DNA from: Alphaproteobacteria bacterium
GTDB taxonomy: Bacteria > Pseudomonadota > Alphaproteobacteria > SMXQ01
DNA: 49,647 bases
Direction of reading: 5' to 3'
Assembly: GCA_964229575.1 (NCBI GenBank)
Contig: CAXRES010000059.1
Coordinates: 1 to 49,647 of the forward strand
This document shows positions 11,042 to 24,600 of this stretch, in pieces. The translations under genes were made by a program, and so were the position numbers. The notes beneath the pieces were generated by a model. It was not told where the DNA came from. It did no database searches and worked only from the letters and a program-made list of their open reading frames with translations. Within the stretch, counting starts at the first letter, position 1. Every line of letters starts with the position of its first letter.

Positions 11042-12550
11042 TCAGCCCTTGCGGGCGGCGAACTTGACGGCTTCTTCCGCGGCGCGGATCAGCGCGCGGG
11101 CCTTGTTGCAGGTTTCCTGGTATTCGGCCTCGGGGTCCGAATCGGCGACAACGCCGCCGCCGGCCTGCACGTGCATGACGCCGTCCTTGATCACGGCGGT
11201 ACGCAGCGCGATGCAGGTGTCCATCGCGCCGTTGGCGGCGAAATAGCCGACCGCCCCGCCGTAGATGCCGCGGCGCGCGGTTTCCAGCTCGTCGATGATC
11301 TCCATCGCGCGGACCTTGGGCGCGCCCGACACGGTACCGGCGGGAAAGCCGGCGATCAGGGCGTCGAGCGCGGTGGCGTCCTCGCGCGCCGCGCCCTCGA
11401 CGTTGGAAACGATGTGCATGACGTGGGAATAGCGTTCGATCACCATCTGTTCGGTGACGCGCACGCTGCCGATCTTCGCCACGCGTCCGACGTCGTTGCG
11501 CCCGAGATCGAGCAGCATCAGGTGTTCGGCGCTTTCCTTGGGGTCGGCCAGCAGATCGTCCTCGAACTGCTTGTCCTCCGCCGCCGTCCGCCCGCGCGGC
11601 CGCGTGCCGGCGATCGGGCGGATCGTCACCTTGCCGTCGCGCAGGCGCACGAGGATCTCGGGCGAGGAGCCGACGACGCTGAACGCCCCGAAATCGAGGA
11701 AGAAAAGGAACGGCGACGGGTTGAGCCGGCGCAGCGCCCGGTAGAGCGCGATCGGCGGCAGGGTGAAGGGCAGCGAGAAGCGCTGGGACGGCACCACCTG
11801 GAAGATGTCGCCGGCGAGGATGTAGTCCTTCGCCCGGGCGACGATCTCGTGATAGCGCTCGCGCGTCGTGTTGGACTTCGGCACCGGCGCGGCGGGCTCG
11901 TGGTCGGCGGTGGTCAGCGAATGGTCGAGCGGCCGGCCGAGCGCTTCCACCATCTCCGCCAGCCGGCCTTCGGCGGCGGCCCGCGCGGTGCGCGCATCGA
12001 CGCCCGCCTTCGGCCATGCCGGCGTGATCAGGGTGACGATGTCCTCGATGTTGTCGAAGACGGCGATCACGGTCGGGCGCAGGAACATGCCGTCGGGCAC
12101 GCCCAGCGTGTCGGGGTTGTCGTCGGGCAGCCGTTCCATCAGCCGCACCGTGTCGTAGCCCATGTAGCCGAACAGGCCCGCGGCCATCGGCGGCAGGCCC
12201 GCCGGGACGTCGAGGCGGCATTCGTCGATCAGCGTCTTCAGCGAGGCGAGCGTTTCCTCCGCGCAGGGTGCGAAGGCTTCGGCGCGGGCAAGTGCTTCGC
12301 GGTTGATCTCCGCGCTTTGCCCGCGGCAGCGCCAGATCAGGTCGGGCTTGAGACCGATGAACGAATAGCGCCCGCGGGCGGCGCCGCCTTCCACCGATTC
12401 GAACAGGAAGCTCATCGGCTGGCCCCTGGCCAGCTTGAGGAAGGCCGAGACCGGCGTTTCCAGGTCGGCGACCAGCCGCGTCCAGACGAGACACGGGCGG
12501 CCCGCGCCATGGGCCGCCTCGAAGGCGGAGTGATCGGGGAAAACGTCCAT
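11042..12550 (-). CDS. trpE: Anthranilate synthase component I
   Basis: Lower part of the fused track ORF 11042..14452. ATG at 12550 (MDVFPDHSAFEAA). Chorismate-binding motifs include GGAVGYF and MDTCIALRT. Confidence 0.92.
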   Translation of the reverse strand: MDVFPDHSAFEAAHGAGRPCLVWTRLVADLETPVSAFLKLARGQPMSFLFESVEGGAARGRYSFIGLKPDLIWRCRGQSAEINREALARAEAFAPCAEETLASLKTLIDECRLDVPAGLPPMAAGLFGYMGYDTVRLMERLPDDNPDTLGVPDGMFLRPTVIAVFDNIEDIVTLITPAWPKAGVDARTARAAAEGRLAEMVEALGRPLDHSLTTADHEPAAPVPKSNTTRERYHEIVARAKDYILAGDIFQVVPSQRFSLPFTLPPIALYRALRRLNPSPFLFFLDFGAFSVVGSSPEILVRLRDGKVTIRPIAGTRPRGRTAAEDKQFEDDLLADPKESAEHLMLLDLGRNDVGRVAKIGSVRVTEQMVIERYSHVMHIVSNVEGAAREDATALDALIAGFPAGTVSGAPKVRAMEIIDELETARRGIYGGAVGYFAANGAMDTCIALRTAVIKDGVMHVQAGGGVVADSDPEAEYQETCNKARALIRAAEEAVKFAARKG

Positions 12551-12564
12551 CTTGGCCCGCGCCG

Positions 12565-14442
12565 TCAGCGGCGTTCCTGCAACTGGTCGTTCCTGATCGT
12601 GACGCTGTAGCGCGCGCGCAGGGATCCGACGAACTGCTGGAACAGGTCGCCCGCGATGCCCTGGCGGATTTCCTCGCGCATCGCGCTGGTCGCCTCGGAC
12701 TTCTCCTTGGCCGAGGGCGCGCGGATCTCGCTCAGCACGGCGACGGTGTAGCCGTTGTCGCCCTGGCCCGTGGCCACGCCGCCCGCCTTGAGCGAGAAGA
12801 GCTGCTCCATCAGCGAGGCGGGCAGGCCGCTTTCGGCGTCGTGGGTCAGGCGGGAGAAGGGCGGGGTGGTCTTGAGGGCGAGCTTTTCCGCCTTCGCCAG
12901 CGCGTCGATCTTCTGCCCGGCCTTGATCTTTTCCACGATGGCCCTGGCGCGGGCCTCGGTCGCCCTGGCCCGCGCTTCGGCCTTGCGCGCCTTGATCACC
13001 TCGGCGCGCACGGCATCGAGCGGACGCACGGCGGGCGGCGTCACCTTGTTGACGTGCAGGATGAAGAACCCGCCCGCCTGGGTCTCGGTCAGCGCGCTGT
13101 CCTGGCCGTCGGCGGTTTCGAAGGCGACGCGCAGGAAGTTGTCGCTCCTGGGCAGGCCGTCGACCGGCTCGCCCGCGGCATCGCGCCCGCGCGCGTCCAA
13201 TGTCTGCGCGCGGCGGGACTTGAGGTTGAGCTGGCGGGCCGTTTCCTCGATGACGGCGCCCGAGGCGAGGCTGTCCTCGATCCTGTTGGTCAGCGCGAAG
13301 ATGCTGTCTTGCGCCTCGCGCGTGGCGAGTTCCTTGCGCAGCTGGTCGCGCACTTCTTGGTAGGTGCGCTGGCGGCCCTGCTCGGCGTTCCTGATGTGGA
13401 CGATGTGCCAGCCGAGCCCGCTCTTGAGCGGCTGCGACGTTTCGCCTTTCTTCAGCTCGAAGATGCGGTCGGCCAGTTCCGGCAGGGCGTCCCTGCGCTC
13501 GATCCAGCCGAGCGGCACGGGCTTCAGGCCGGCGTCGACGGTCTTGGCGGCGTCCGCCAGGGACTTGCCCGAGGCGATCAGCCCGGCCGCCTGCCGGGCC
13601 GCGGCTTCCGTACGGAAGACCACCTGCTCGGCCTCGCGCCGGTCGCGGGTGGCGAATTCGTCCTTGCGCTCCTCGTAGGTCTTCTTCAGGCGGTCCTCGG
13701 CCACGGCGATTTCCCCCGCCAAGGCGTTGGGGTCGAGTTCGAGCCAGGTCACGTCGCGCAGCTGCGGCGCCATGAAGCGCTGGGTATTGGCCTTGTAATA
13801 GGACTCGACCTCCGCCGCCGTCGGCTCCTTGACCGCGCTTTCGGGGGCAAGCGGCACCACCAGGGCGCGCGCCACGCGGCGTTCGGAGCGGAAGGCGACG
13901 AGCGGATCGACGATCAGCGTCGGCACCGGCACGGCGCCCGCGATGGCGCGGTTGATTTCGGCCGCCGCCAGGTCGCGCTTGAGGTTGGTGACGTAGTAGC
14001 CCTCGGTCATGCCGGCGCGCGACAGCACCTGGGCGAAGATGGCGCGGTCGAACTGGCCGCGGCTGTTGAAGAAGGTGGCGTCCGACTGGATGCGGTTGGC
14101 GACCAGGCGGTCGGACATGGCGATGCCGAGATCGGACGCGCCCAGGTTGATGGCGGCGCGGTTGACGATGTTCTCCATCACCTGCCCGGTGATGCCCATG
14201 CGGTCGGCCTCGGCGCGGTCGAGACGGCCGCCGAACAGGGGTTGCAGGCGGTTCATTTCCTCGCGGATCTCGTCGTTCACCTGGGAGCGCGAGAGCTTCA
14301 GGCTGCCGACCTGGACGACGGTCGGATCGCGTTCTCCGAGAAAGACGTCGTTGATGCCCCAGATGGCGAAGCTCACCACCAGAAGGCCGAGCAGGATCTT
14401 GATGACCCAGGAGGAAGCCTGTTCGCGTAGTGCTTGGAGCAT
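12565..14442 (-). CDS. ppiD: Periplasmic chaperone / peptidyl-prolyl isomerase PpiD-like
   Basis: 625 aa. Has an N-terminal membrane anchor (VIKILLGLLVVSFAIWGI), a SurA-N-like region and a parvulin-like segment (GLGWHIVHI). Confidence 0.85.
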   Translation of the reverse strand: MLQALREQASSWVIKILLGLLVVSFAIWGINDVFLGERDPTVVQVGSLKLSRSQVNDEIREEMNRLQPLFGGRLDRAEADRMGITGQVMENIVNRAAINLGASDLGIAMSDRLVANRIQSDATFFNSRGQFDRAIFAQVLSRAGMTEGYYVTNLKRDLAAAEINRAIAGAVPVPTLIVDPLVAFRSERRVARALVVPLAPESAVKEPTAAEVESYYKANTQRFMAPQLRDVTWLELDPNALAGEIAVAEDRLKKTYEERKDEFATRDRREAEQVVFRTEAAARQAAGLIASGKSLADAAKTVDAGLKPVPLGWIERRDALPELADRIFELKKGETSQPLKSGLGWHIVHIRNAEQGRQRTYQEVRDQLRKELATREAQDSIFALTNRIEDSLASGAVIEETARQLNLKSRRAQTLDARGRDAAGEPVDGLPRSDNFLRVAFETADGQDSALTETQAGGFFILHVNKVTPPAVRPLDAVRAEVIKARKAEARARATEARARAIVEKIKAGQKIDALAKAEKLALKTTPPFSRLTHDAESGLPASLMEQLFSLKAGGVATGQGDNGYTVAVLSEIRAPSAKEKSEATSAMREEIRQGIAGDLFQQFVGSLRARYSVTIRNDQLQERR

Positions 14443-14689
14443 GTCTGAACAACGCCTGTTAAGTCGTTGATGTGGATGGGCCGATCCGGCACTTGCCGGG
14501 GCTCCCGCCGAAGCCCGGCATCATAGGTGGGGGTCCCCGGCGCTGCAACTGCGATTGCGGCCGGCTGCCCGGCCCGCGCCGCCGCCGGCCAGCCGGGACG
14601 GCGTCTCTGATACGCGCCGGGACGGCGGCTTGGACGCGGCCCGGGCCCATGCTAAACAGCCTCGGTTTCGTGAAACGGGGGAAAACCAA

Positions 14690-15448
14690 GTGGCCGCACC
14701 GAAAAAGCTGATCGCCGGGAACTGGAAGATGAACGCCGGGGCGGCCGATGGCATCGCGCTCGCCAAGGCGGTGCTGGCCGCGGCGACGAAGGAAAATCCC
14801 GCCTGCGAAATTCTTCTCTGCCCGCCGGCAGTGGTGCTGGCGGCGGTGTCCCATGTGGTCGACGGCTCGGCCATCGCCACGGGTGGCCAGGACTGCCACG
14901 CCAGGGCCAAGGGGGCTCATACCGGCGACGTCGCGGCCGAGATGCTGGCGGCGGCGGGGGCCACTTACGTCCTCGTCGGTCATTCGGAGCGGCGTACCGA
15001 TCACAACGAGAGCGACGCAGCCGTGCGCGCCAAGGCGGAAGCGGCACTTCGCGCCGGGCTCACCGCCGTCGTCTGCATCGGCGAAACCGAGGCCGAACGC
15101 GACGCGGGCAAGACGCTCGCCATACTCACCCGCCAGATCGCGGGTTCGCTGCCGGCCGGGGCCGATGCCGCCAATACCGTGATCGCCTACGAACCGGTCT
15201 GGGCGATCGGCACCGGCCGCACGCCGACGGTCGCCGAAGTGGCCGAGGCGCACGCCCATATCCGCAAGGAACTGGCGGGCAAGGCGGGCGACGCGGGGAT
15301 GGTGCGCATCCTCTACGGCGGATCGGTCAAGGCCGACAACGCGCGCGAGCTTCTCGCCGTGGCCAACGTCGACGGCGCGCTGGTCGGCGGCGCCAGCCTG
15401 GAAGCGGCGTCGTTTCTCTCCATCGCGCGCGCCGCCGGCCGGGAATAA
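14690..15448 (+). CDS. tpiA: Triosephosphate isomerase
   Basis: Has AGNWKMN, VGHSERR and [14 protein letters not shown] 14690 ([15 protein letters not shown]) is a better start than the track start at 14555. Confidence 0.92.
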   Translation: MAAPKKLIAGNWKMNAGAADGIALAKAVLAAATKENPACEILLCPPAVVLAAVSHVVDGSAIATGGQDCHARAKGAHTGDVAAEMLAAAGATYVLVGHSERRTDHNESDAAVRAKAEAALRAGLTAVVCIGETEAERDAGKTLAILTRQIAGSLPAGADAANTVIAYEPVWAIGTGRTPTVAEVAEAHAHIRKELAGKAGDAGMVRILYGGSVKADNARELLAVANVDGALVGGASLEAASFLSIARAAGRE

Positions 15449-15642
15449 AGGGCCGGGAGCCAAAGTCCCGCCCGGGTGGTCTGGCCGGGACCGTCCGCCG
15501 GGCGAAAAACCCCTAAAATCGGGGATTTCCGCCGGACCAATTGGGCCTTTCATTCGCCCGTCCGAGGAATTATGTTCCTGCCAGTTTCGGCCGGCCCGGT
15601 ACGACCCGGATTCACGCCGCCCAAATCCACACAGGTGGACGC

Positions 15643-15993
15643 ATGACGACCATTCTCCTTGTCATTCATTCCTTTCTCGCGCTTGGCCTGGTCATCGTCA
15701 TCCTGCTGCAGCGCTCCGAAGGCGGCGCGCTCGGCATCGGCGGCGGTTCGGGCGGCATGATGACGGCGCGCGGTCAGGCCAACCTGCTGACCCGCGCCAC
15801 GGCGATCCTTGCCGCGCTGTTCATCGTCACTTCGCTGACGCTCGCCATCATGGCGAGCCACAACCGCAAGCCGCGTTCGATTCTCGACGTGGCGCCCGTG
15901 CAGTCGGGCCAGCCGGCCAAGCCCGCCGCGCCCGCGCAGCCGGGCCAGAAGCCCGCGGCGCCCACGCAGCCGGCCGCGCCGCTCGGGCGGTGA
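15643..15993 (+). CDS. secG: Preprotein translocase subunit SecG
   Basis: ATG 15643. MTTILLVIHSFLALGLVIVILLQRSEGGALG is a classic SecG N-terminus. The tail is Pro/Ala-rich. Confidence 0.88.
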   Translation: MTTILLVIHSFLALGLVIVILLQRSEGGALGIGGGSGGMMTARGQANLLTRATAILAALFIVTSLTLAIMASHNRKPRSILDVAPVQSGQPAKPAAPAQPGQKPAAPTQPAAPLGR

Positions 15994-16148
15994 GGCGTTG
16001 ATCCCGCAAGGGACGCAGGGAAGGGCGGCGACGGGAGTCCCGCCCTTTTCATTTGTCTCTTTTTCGTCCCGCCTTGTGGAAAACTTTCGCGCGGCGAGAT
16101 GAAGTTTTGAATCGGACAGGACAACACGTTGATGTATTCTCAGGTTCC

Positions 16149-17776
16149 ATGACGCGGTTCATTTTTATCACCGGTGGCGTCGTGTCCTCGCTGGGCAAGG
16201 GTCTTGCCTCGGCGTCGCTGGGGGCTCTCCTCCAGGCCAGGGGATACAAGGTCCGCCTGCGCAAGCTCGATCCCTATCTCAACGTCGATCCGGGTACCAT
16301 GTCGCCGACCCAGCACGGCGAGGTGTTCGTCACCGACGATGGCGCCGAGACCGACCTCGACCTTGGCCATTACGAACGATTCACCGGCGTTTCCGCGCGC
16401 CAGTCCGACAACGTCACCACCGGGCGCATCTATTCGACCGTGATCGCGCGCGAGCGCCACGGCGATTATCTGGGCGCCACGGTGCAGGTCATTCCCCATG
16501 TCACCGACGCGATCAAGGAATTCATCGCCGCCGACCCGGGCGAGGCCGACTTCCTGCTGTGCGAGATCGGCGGCACGGTCGGCGACATCGAAAGCCTGCC
16601 GTTCCTGGAAGCGATCCGCCAGTTCGGCAACGAGGTCGGGCCCGAGCGGGCGATGTATATCCATCTGACCCTGCTGCCCTATATCCCGACGGCGGGCGAG
16701 CTCAAGACCAAGCCGACCCAGCATTCGGTCAAGGAACTGCTGTCGGTCGGAATCCAGCCCGACGCGCTGCTCTGCCGGGCCGATCGGCCGATCCCGGCCG
16801 AGGAGCGGCGCAAGATCGCGCTGTTCTGCAACATCCGCCCCGACGCGGTGATCCAGGCGCTGGACGTCGACAGCATCTACCAGGTGCCGATCTCCTATCA
16901 CGCCGAAGGGCTGGACGGCGTGGTGCTGCGCCATTTTGATCTCGACGATTCGAAAGAACCGGACCTGTCGCGCTGGACCGGCATCATGGAACGCATCCGC
17001 AAGCCTGAAGGCGAGGTGCGCATCGCGGTGGTCGGCAAGTACACGGCGCTGCTCGATTCCTACAAGTCGCTGTCGGAAGCGCTCACCCACGGCGGCATCG
17101 CGAACAACGTGAAGGTCAACCTCGACTGGATTTCGTCGGAAATCTTCGAAGAGGACGGCACGCTGGAAAAGCTCGAAAACGTCCACGGAATCCTGGTCCC
17201 CGGCGGCTTCGGCGAGCGCGGCGCGGAAGGCAAGGTCGCCGCCGCCCGCTTCGCCCGCGAAAAGGGCGTGCCCTATTTCGGCATCTGCTTCGGCATGCAG
17301 ATGGCGGTGATCGAGGTGGCGCGCAACGTGGCGGGCATCGCGGGCGCCGGCTCGACCGAATTCGGCCGCCCGAAGGAGGCCGTCGTCGGCCTGATGACCG
17401 AATGGCTGCGCGGCAACGAACGCGAAGTCCGGTCGGCCGCCGACAACCTGGGCGGCACCATGCGTCTGGGCGCCTATGAATGTCATCTCAAGCCCGGCTC
17501 GCGCGTGCGTTCGATCTACGGCACCGATGTGATCTTCGAGCGCCACAGGCACCGCTACGAAGTGAACATCAACTACCGCGACCGGCTGGAGCGCGCGGGT
17601 CTCATGGTCTGCGGCCTGTCGCCCGACCAGAGGCTGCCGGAAATCGTGGAACTCGCCGACCACCCGTGGTTCATCGGGGTGCAGTTCCATCCCGAATTGA
17701 AATCCAAGCCCTTCGATCCGCACCCGCTGTTCTCCTCGTTCATCGAGGCGGCGGTGGCGCAGTCGCGCCTCGTCTG

Positions 17777-17777
<1 letters not shown>
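16149..17777 (+). CDS. pyrG: CTP synthase
   Basis: ATG 16149 ([18 protein letters not shown]). The amidotransferase half has GICFGMQ. Confidence 0.95.
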
Positions 17778-19962
<2,185 letters not shown>

Positions 19963-19977
19963 CCCGACGCAACAAAA

Positions 19978-20115
19978 GAATCGGGGCGTGAAATAAAAGA
20001 ATCAGGAATCAGTGAACGTTCCGAGAACAAGCTGATTCTTGATTCGAAGACTCCATCCTAGATTCCAGATTCAATTGATTCTTTTTTCTTGACGCTCGGG
20101 AATCCGCTGTGATTC
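19978..20115. promoter_or_regulatory. Cluster of 12 GANTC (CcrM-type methylation) pentamers in the eno-ftsB intergenic region
   Basis: GAATC/GATTC/GACTC start at 19978, 19999, 20006, 20034, 20041, 20049, 20061, 20068, 20077, 20100, 20104-overlapping none, and 20111. The set of 12 start positions is 19978, 19999, 20006, 20034, 20041, 20049, 20061, 20068, 20077, 20100, 20111 plus none missing from a hand count of the printed sequence; see finding for the list. A TTGACG -35-like hexamer lies at 20089-20094. Confidence 0.7.
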
Positions 20116-20125
20116 TCTGCGCCCC

Positions 20126-20530
20126 ATGACATTGCTTGGGCACATCAGGACGCGGGCGAAGCTCATCATCGGGCCGGTGATGGCCGCCACCGTGTTCGCC
20201 TATTTCGCCTATCACGCCGTGCAGGGCGACCGCGGACTCCTGGCCTGGATCAAGCTCGGCCAGCAGGTGGACGAGGCACGGCTCGAACACGCCCGCATCT
20301 CGGGCCAGCGCGCCGCCCTCGAATCCAAGGTCCGTCTCATGCAGCCGGGCAGTCTCGACGCCGACCTGCTCGAAGAACGCACCCGCGTCATGCTCGGCTA
20401 CGTCCATCCCGACGACGTCCTGATCGGCGGCCGAACCGCGGAGTTCAGCCCGATCAGCGCGCCGACCGATGTTGCCCCGCCTGCGGCCGTCACCACGCAC
20501 AACGGCCTGCTGATCCGCATATCCCGCTGA
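20126..20530 (+). CDS. ftsB: Septum formation initiator family protein (FtsB/DivIC-like)
   Basis: 134 aa with an N-terminal TM helix followed by a coiled coil (YHAVQGDRGLLAWIKLGQQVDEARLE). Holds the conserved eno-ftsB-pdhA position seen in Alphaproteobacteria. No SD is visible upstream. Confidence 0.8.
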   Translation: MTLLGHIRTRAKLIIGPVMAATVFAYFAYHAVQGDRGLLAWIKLGQQVDEARLEHARISGQRAALESKVRLMQPGSLDADLLEERTRVMLGYVHPDDVLIGGRTAEFSPISAPTDVAPPAAVTTHNGLLIRISR

Positions 20531-20813
20531 GTTTCCGACCTGACGCCCTCGGGTGACGCCGGCCCGTGGCTGCGCCGCGCCTGCCGTGCCGCGAATCTTT
20601 TCCTTGCGTAATTCGGCCGTTCCCGGGCCTGAAAATTGCGCCGGCAGGGGGCGAAAAGGATCGAATTTTATACAATTAACTAAAAGTAAGTTAAATTTAA
20701 ACATCCCATTGAATTCTAATGTTTTTCACGACTTTCCGAAGCCGATGATTCGGGTGTATCGTTTACCGTCCCTATCCGCCCACCCGGTCCACATCGACGA
20801 GGAAATCGCCCCC

Positions 20814-21872
20814 ATGGCTCGCGCCGCGAAATCCGTCCCCGCCAAATCCGCTTCAGCGAAATCCACGGGGGGCAAGCGCCGCCTGGCCGCCCCGCCCGCC
20901 AAGGTCAGCCTCGGCAAGTCCGAGCTGCTGTCCATGTACCGCGACATGCTGTTGATCCGGCGGTTCGAGGAAAAGGCGGGCCAGCTCTACGGCCAGGGCC
21001 AGATCGCCGGCTTCTGCCACCTCTACATCGGCCAGGAAGCGGTGGTCATCGGCATGCAGGCCAACATCACCCGCGACGACGCGGTGGTGACCACCTACCG
21101 CGACCACGGTCATATGCTGGCCTGCGGCATGGATCCCAAGGGCGTCATGGCCGAACTCACCGGACGCCGGGGTGGCTATTCCAAGGGCAAGGGCGGCTCG
21201 ATGCACATGTTCTCCAAGAAGGAGAACTTCTACGGCGGCCACGGCATCGTCGGCGCCAGCGTGCCGGTCGGTGCCGGGCTCGCCTTCGCCAACCGTTACC
21301 GGGGCAACGACCGCGTGTCGCTCACCTATTACGGCGACGGCGCGGCCAACCAGGGCCAGGTGATAGAGAGCTTCAACATGGCGGCGCTGTGGAAGCTGCC
21401 CTGCATCTTCATCGTCGAGAACAACCAGTACGGCATGGGCACCTCCGTCGCCCGCGCCTCGGCCAGCCCCGACTTCTACAAGCGCGGCGAACCGTTCGGC
21501 ATTCCCGGCCGCAAGGTCGACGGCATGGACATCCTCGCCGTCCACGCCGCCGGCGCCGAAGCCGTCGCCCATGCGCGGGCCGGCAAGGGCCCCTATATCC
21601 TGCAGATGGAAACCTACCGCTACCGCGGTCATTCGATGTCCGACCCGGCGCGCTACCGAACGCGCGAGGAGGTGCAGAAGGTGCGCGAGGAGAGGGACCC
21701 CATCGATCACCTGTCCGACATCCTGTTCGAGAACAACTACGCCAAGGCGGACGATCTCAAGAAGATCGACAACGAAGTGAAGAAGATCGTCACCGCCGCC
21801 GCCGATTTCGCCGTGACCGACGCGGAACCGGCGCCCGAAGAACTCTATACCGACGTTTTGCTGGAGGCCTGA
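20814..21872 (+). CDS. pdhA: Pyruvate dehydrogenase E1 alpha subunit
   Basis: ATG 20814 follows GAGGAA. Has YRDHGH, GGSMHMF and YRYRGHSMSDP. Confidence 0.93.
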   Translation: MARAAKSVPAKSASAKSTGGKRRLAAPPAKVSLGKSELLSMYRDMLLIRRFEEKAGQLYGQGQIAGFCHLYIGQEAVVIGMQANITRDDAVVTTYRDHGHMLACGMDPKGVMAELTGRRGGYSKGKGGSMHMFSKKENFYGGHGIVGASVPVGAGLAFANRYRGNDRVSLTYYGDGAANQGQVIESFNMAALWKLPCIFIVENNQYGMGTSVARASASPDFYKRGEPFGIPGRKVDGMDILAVHAAGAEAVAHARAGKGPYILQMETYRYRGHSMSDPARYRTREEVQKVREERDPIDHLSDILFENNYAKADDLKKIDNEVKKIVTAAADFAVTDAEPAPEELYTDVLLEA

Positions 21873-21875
21873 GCG

Positions 21876-23264
<1,389 letters not shown>

Positions 23265-23275
23265 GGAGGCGGCTC

Positions 23276-24580
23276 ATGCCCATCACCATCAAGATGCCGG
23301 CGCTGTCGCCGACCATGACCGAAGGCAAGATCGCCGCCTGGAAGAAAAAGGAGGGCGACAAGGTTCGCTCGGGCGACGTTCTGGCGGAAATCGAGACCGA
23401 CAAGGCGACGATGGAAGTCGAAGCGGTGGACGAAGGCACGCTCGGGCGGATTCTCGTCAAGGCCGGCACCGAAGGCGTCGCCGTCAACGCGCCGATCGCG
23501 CTCCTGCTGGAAGAAGGCGAGGACAAGTCGGCGCTGGATGGCGCGGCGAAAGCCGCTGCCGCAGCACCTGTCGCGAAGCCCGCAGCCGCGCCGGCGGCTC
23601 CTGCGCCGGCGAAGCCCGCCGCTCCGGCGTCGGCGCCTGCCGCACCCGTGGCGAGGCCGGCGCCGCCCGCCGCCCGTCCTGTTGCCCCTGCCGCGCCGTC
23701 GGGCGGGCGGGTGTTCGCATCGCCGCTGGCGCGCCGCGTCGCCAGGGATGCCGGCATCGACATTTCGCGCGTCACCGGTACGGGCCCGCACGGGCGCATC
23801 ATTCGCGCCGACGTGGACGCCTTCGTCGCCTCGGGCGGGGCGGCGGCGGCGACCGGCGGCATCTTCGCCGGAATGGGGCAGAAGTTCGGCCCCGCGTCTT
23901 CCCGCGTCGTGCCCAACTCCTCCATGCGCAAGGTGATCGCGCGCAGGCTGCTCGAATCGAAGCAGACCGTGCCGCATTTCTACGTCACGATGGATTGCGA
24001 CATCGGCGCGCTGCTGGCGCTTCGCAAGGAGATCAACGACACCGACGAAAGCCTCAAGGTCTCGGTCAACGATTTCGTCCTGCGCGCCTCGGCGCTCGCG
24101 CTCAAGAAGGTGCCGGAGGCCAACGCCTCGTGGGGCGAGGACGGCATCCGCTACCATGACGCCGCGGATATTTCCGTGGCGGTGGCCACCGACGCGGGCG
24201 GGCTGATCACGCCCATCGTCAAGGCGGCCGACCGCAAGGGCCTCGCCGCCATCTCGGCGGAGATGAAGGACCTTGGCGCGCGCGCCCGCGTGGGCAAGCT
24301 CCTGCCCGAGGAATACCAGGGCGGCACGTTCTCCGTTTCCAACATGGGCATGTTCGGCGTGCGCGAATTCGCCGCCATCATCAACCCGCCGCAGGGCGCG
24401 ATCCTTGCCGTCGGCGCGGGCGAGGACCGCGCGGTCGTGCGCGACGGGAAACTGGCCGTGGCCACGATGATGACGCTGACATTGTCCTGCGATCATCGTG
24501 TCGTCGACGGCGCGCTCGGTGCGAAGCTGCTCGGCGCCATCCGCGAGCTGATCGAGCATCCCGTCCGTCTGATCCTCTAG
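23276..24580 (+). CDS. pdhC: Dihydrolipoamide acetyltransferase (PDH E2)
   Basis: ATG 23276 follows GAGGAGG. Has a lipoyl domain, a subunit-binding domain (ASPLARRVARDAGIDISRVTGTGPHGRI) and the catalytic DHRVVDGA motif. Confidence 0.93.
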   Translation: MPITIKMPALSPTMTEGKIAAWKKKEGDKVRSGDVLAEIETDKATMEVEAVDEGTLGRILVKAGTEGVAVNAPIALLLEEGEDKSALDGAAKAAAAAPVAKPAAAPAAPAPAKPAAPASAPAAPVARPAPPAARPVAPAAPSGGRVFASPLARRVARDAGIDISRVTGTGPHGRIIRADVDAFVASGGAAAATGGIFAGMGQKFGPASSRVVPNSSMRKVIARRLLESKQTVPHFYVTMDCDIGALLALRKEINDTDESLKVSVNDFVLRASALALKKVPEANASWGEDGIRYHDAADISVAVATDAGGLITPIVKAADRKGLAAISAEMKDLGARARVGKLLPEEYQGGTFSVSNMGMFGVREFAAIINPPQGAILAVGAGEDRAVVRDGKLAVATMMTLTLSCDHRVVDGALGAKLLGAIRELIEHPVRLIL

Positions 24581-24600
24581 TGCCTGAAAGGGAGAGCCTC

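Noticed and set aside
20676-20702. A CtrA box (TTAA-N7-TTAAC) in the AT-rich patch upstream of pdhA.
   Set aside because: The TTAA elements are separated by 11 and 2 nt, not 7. The patch is more simply the pdh promoter region.
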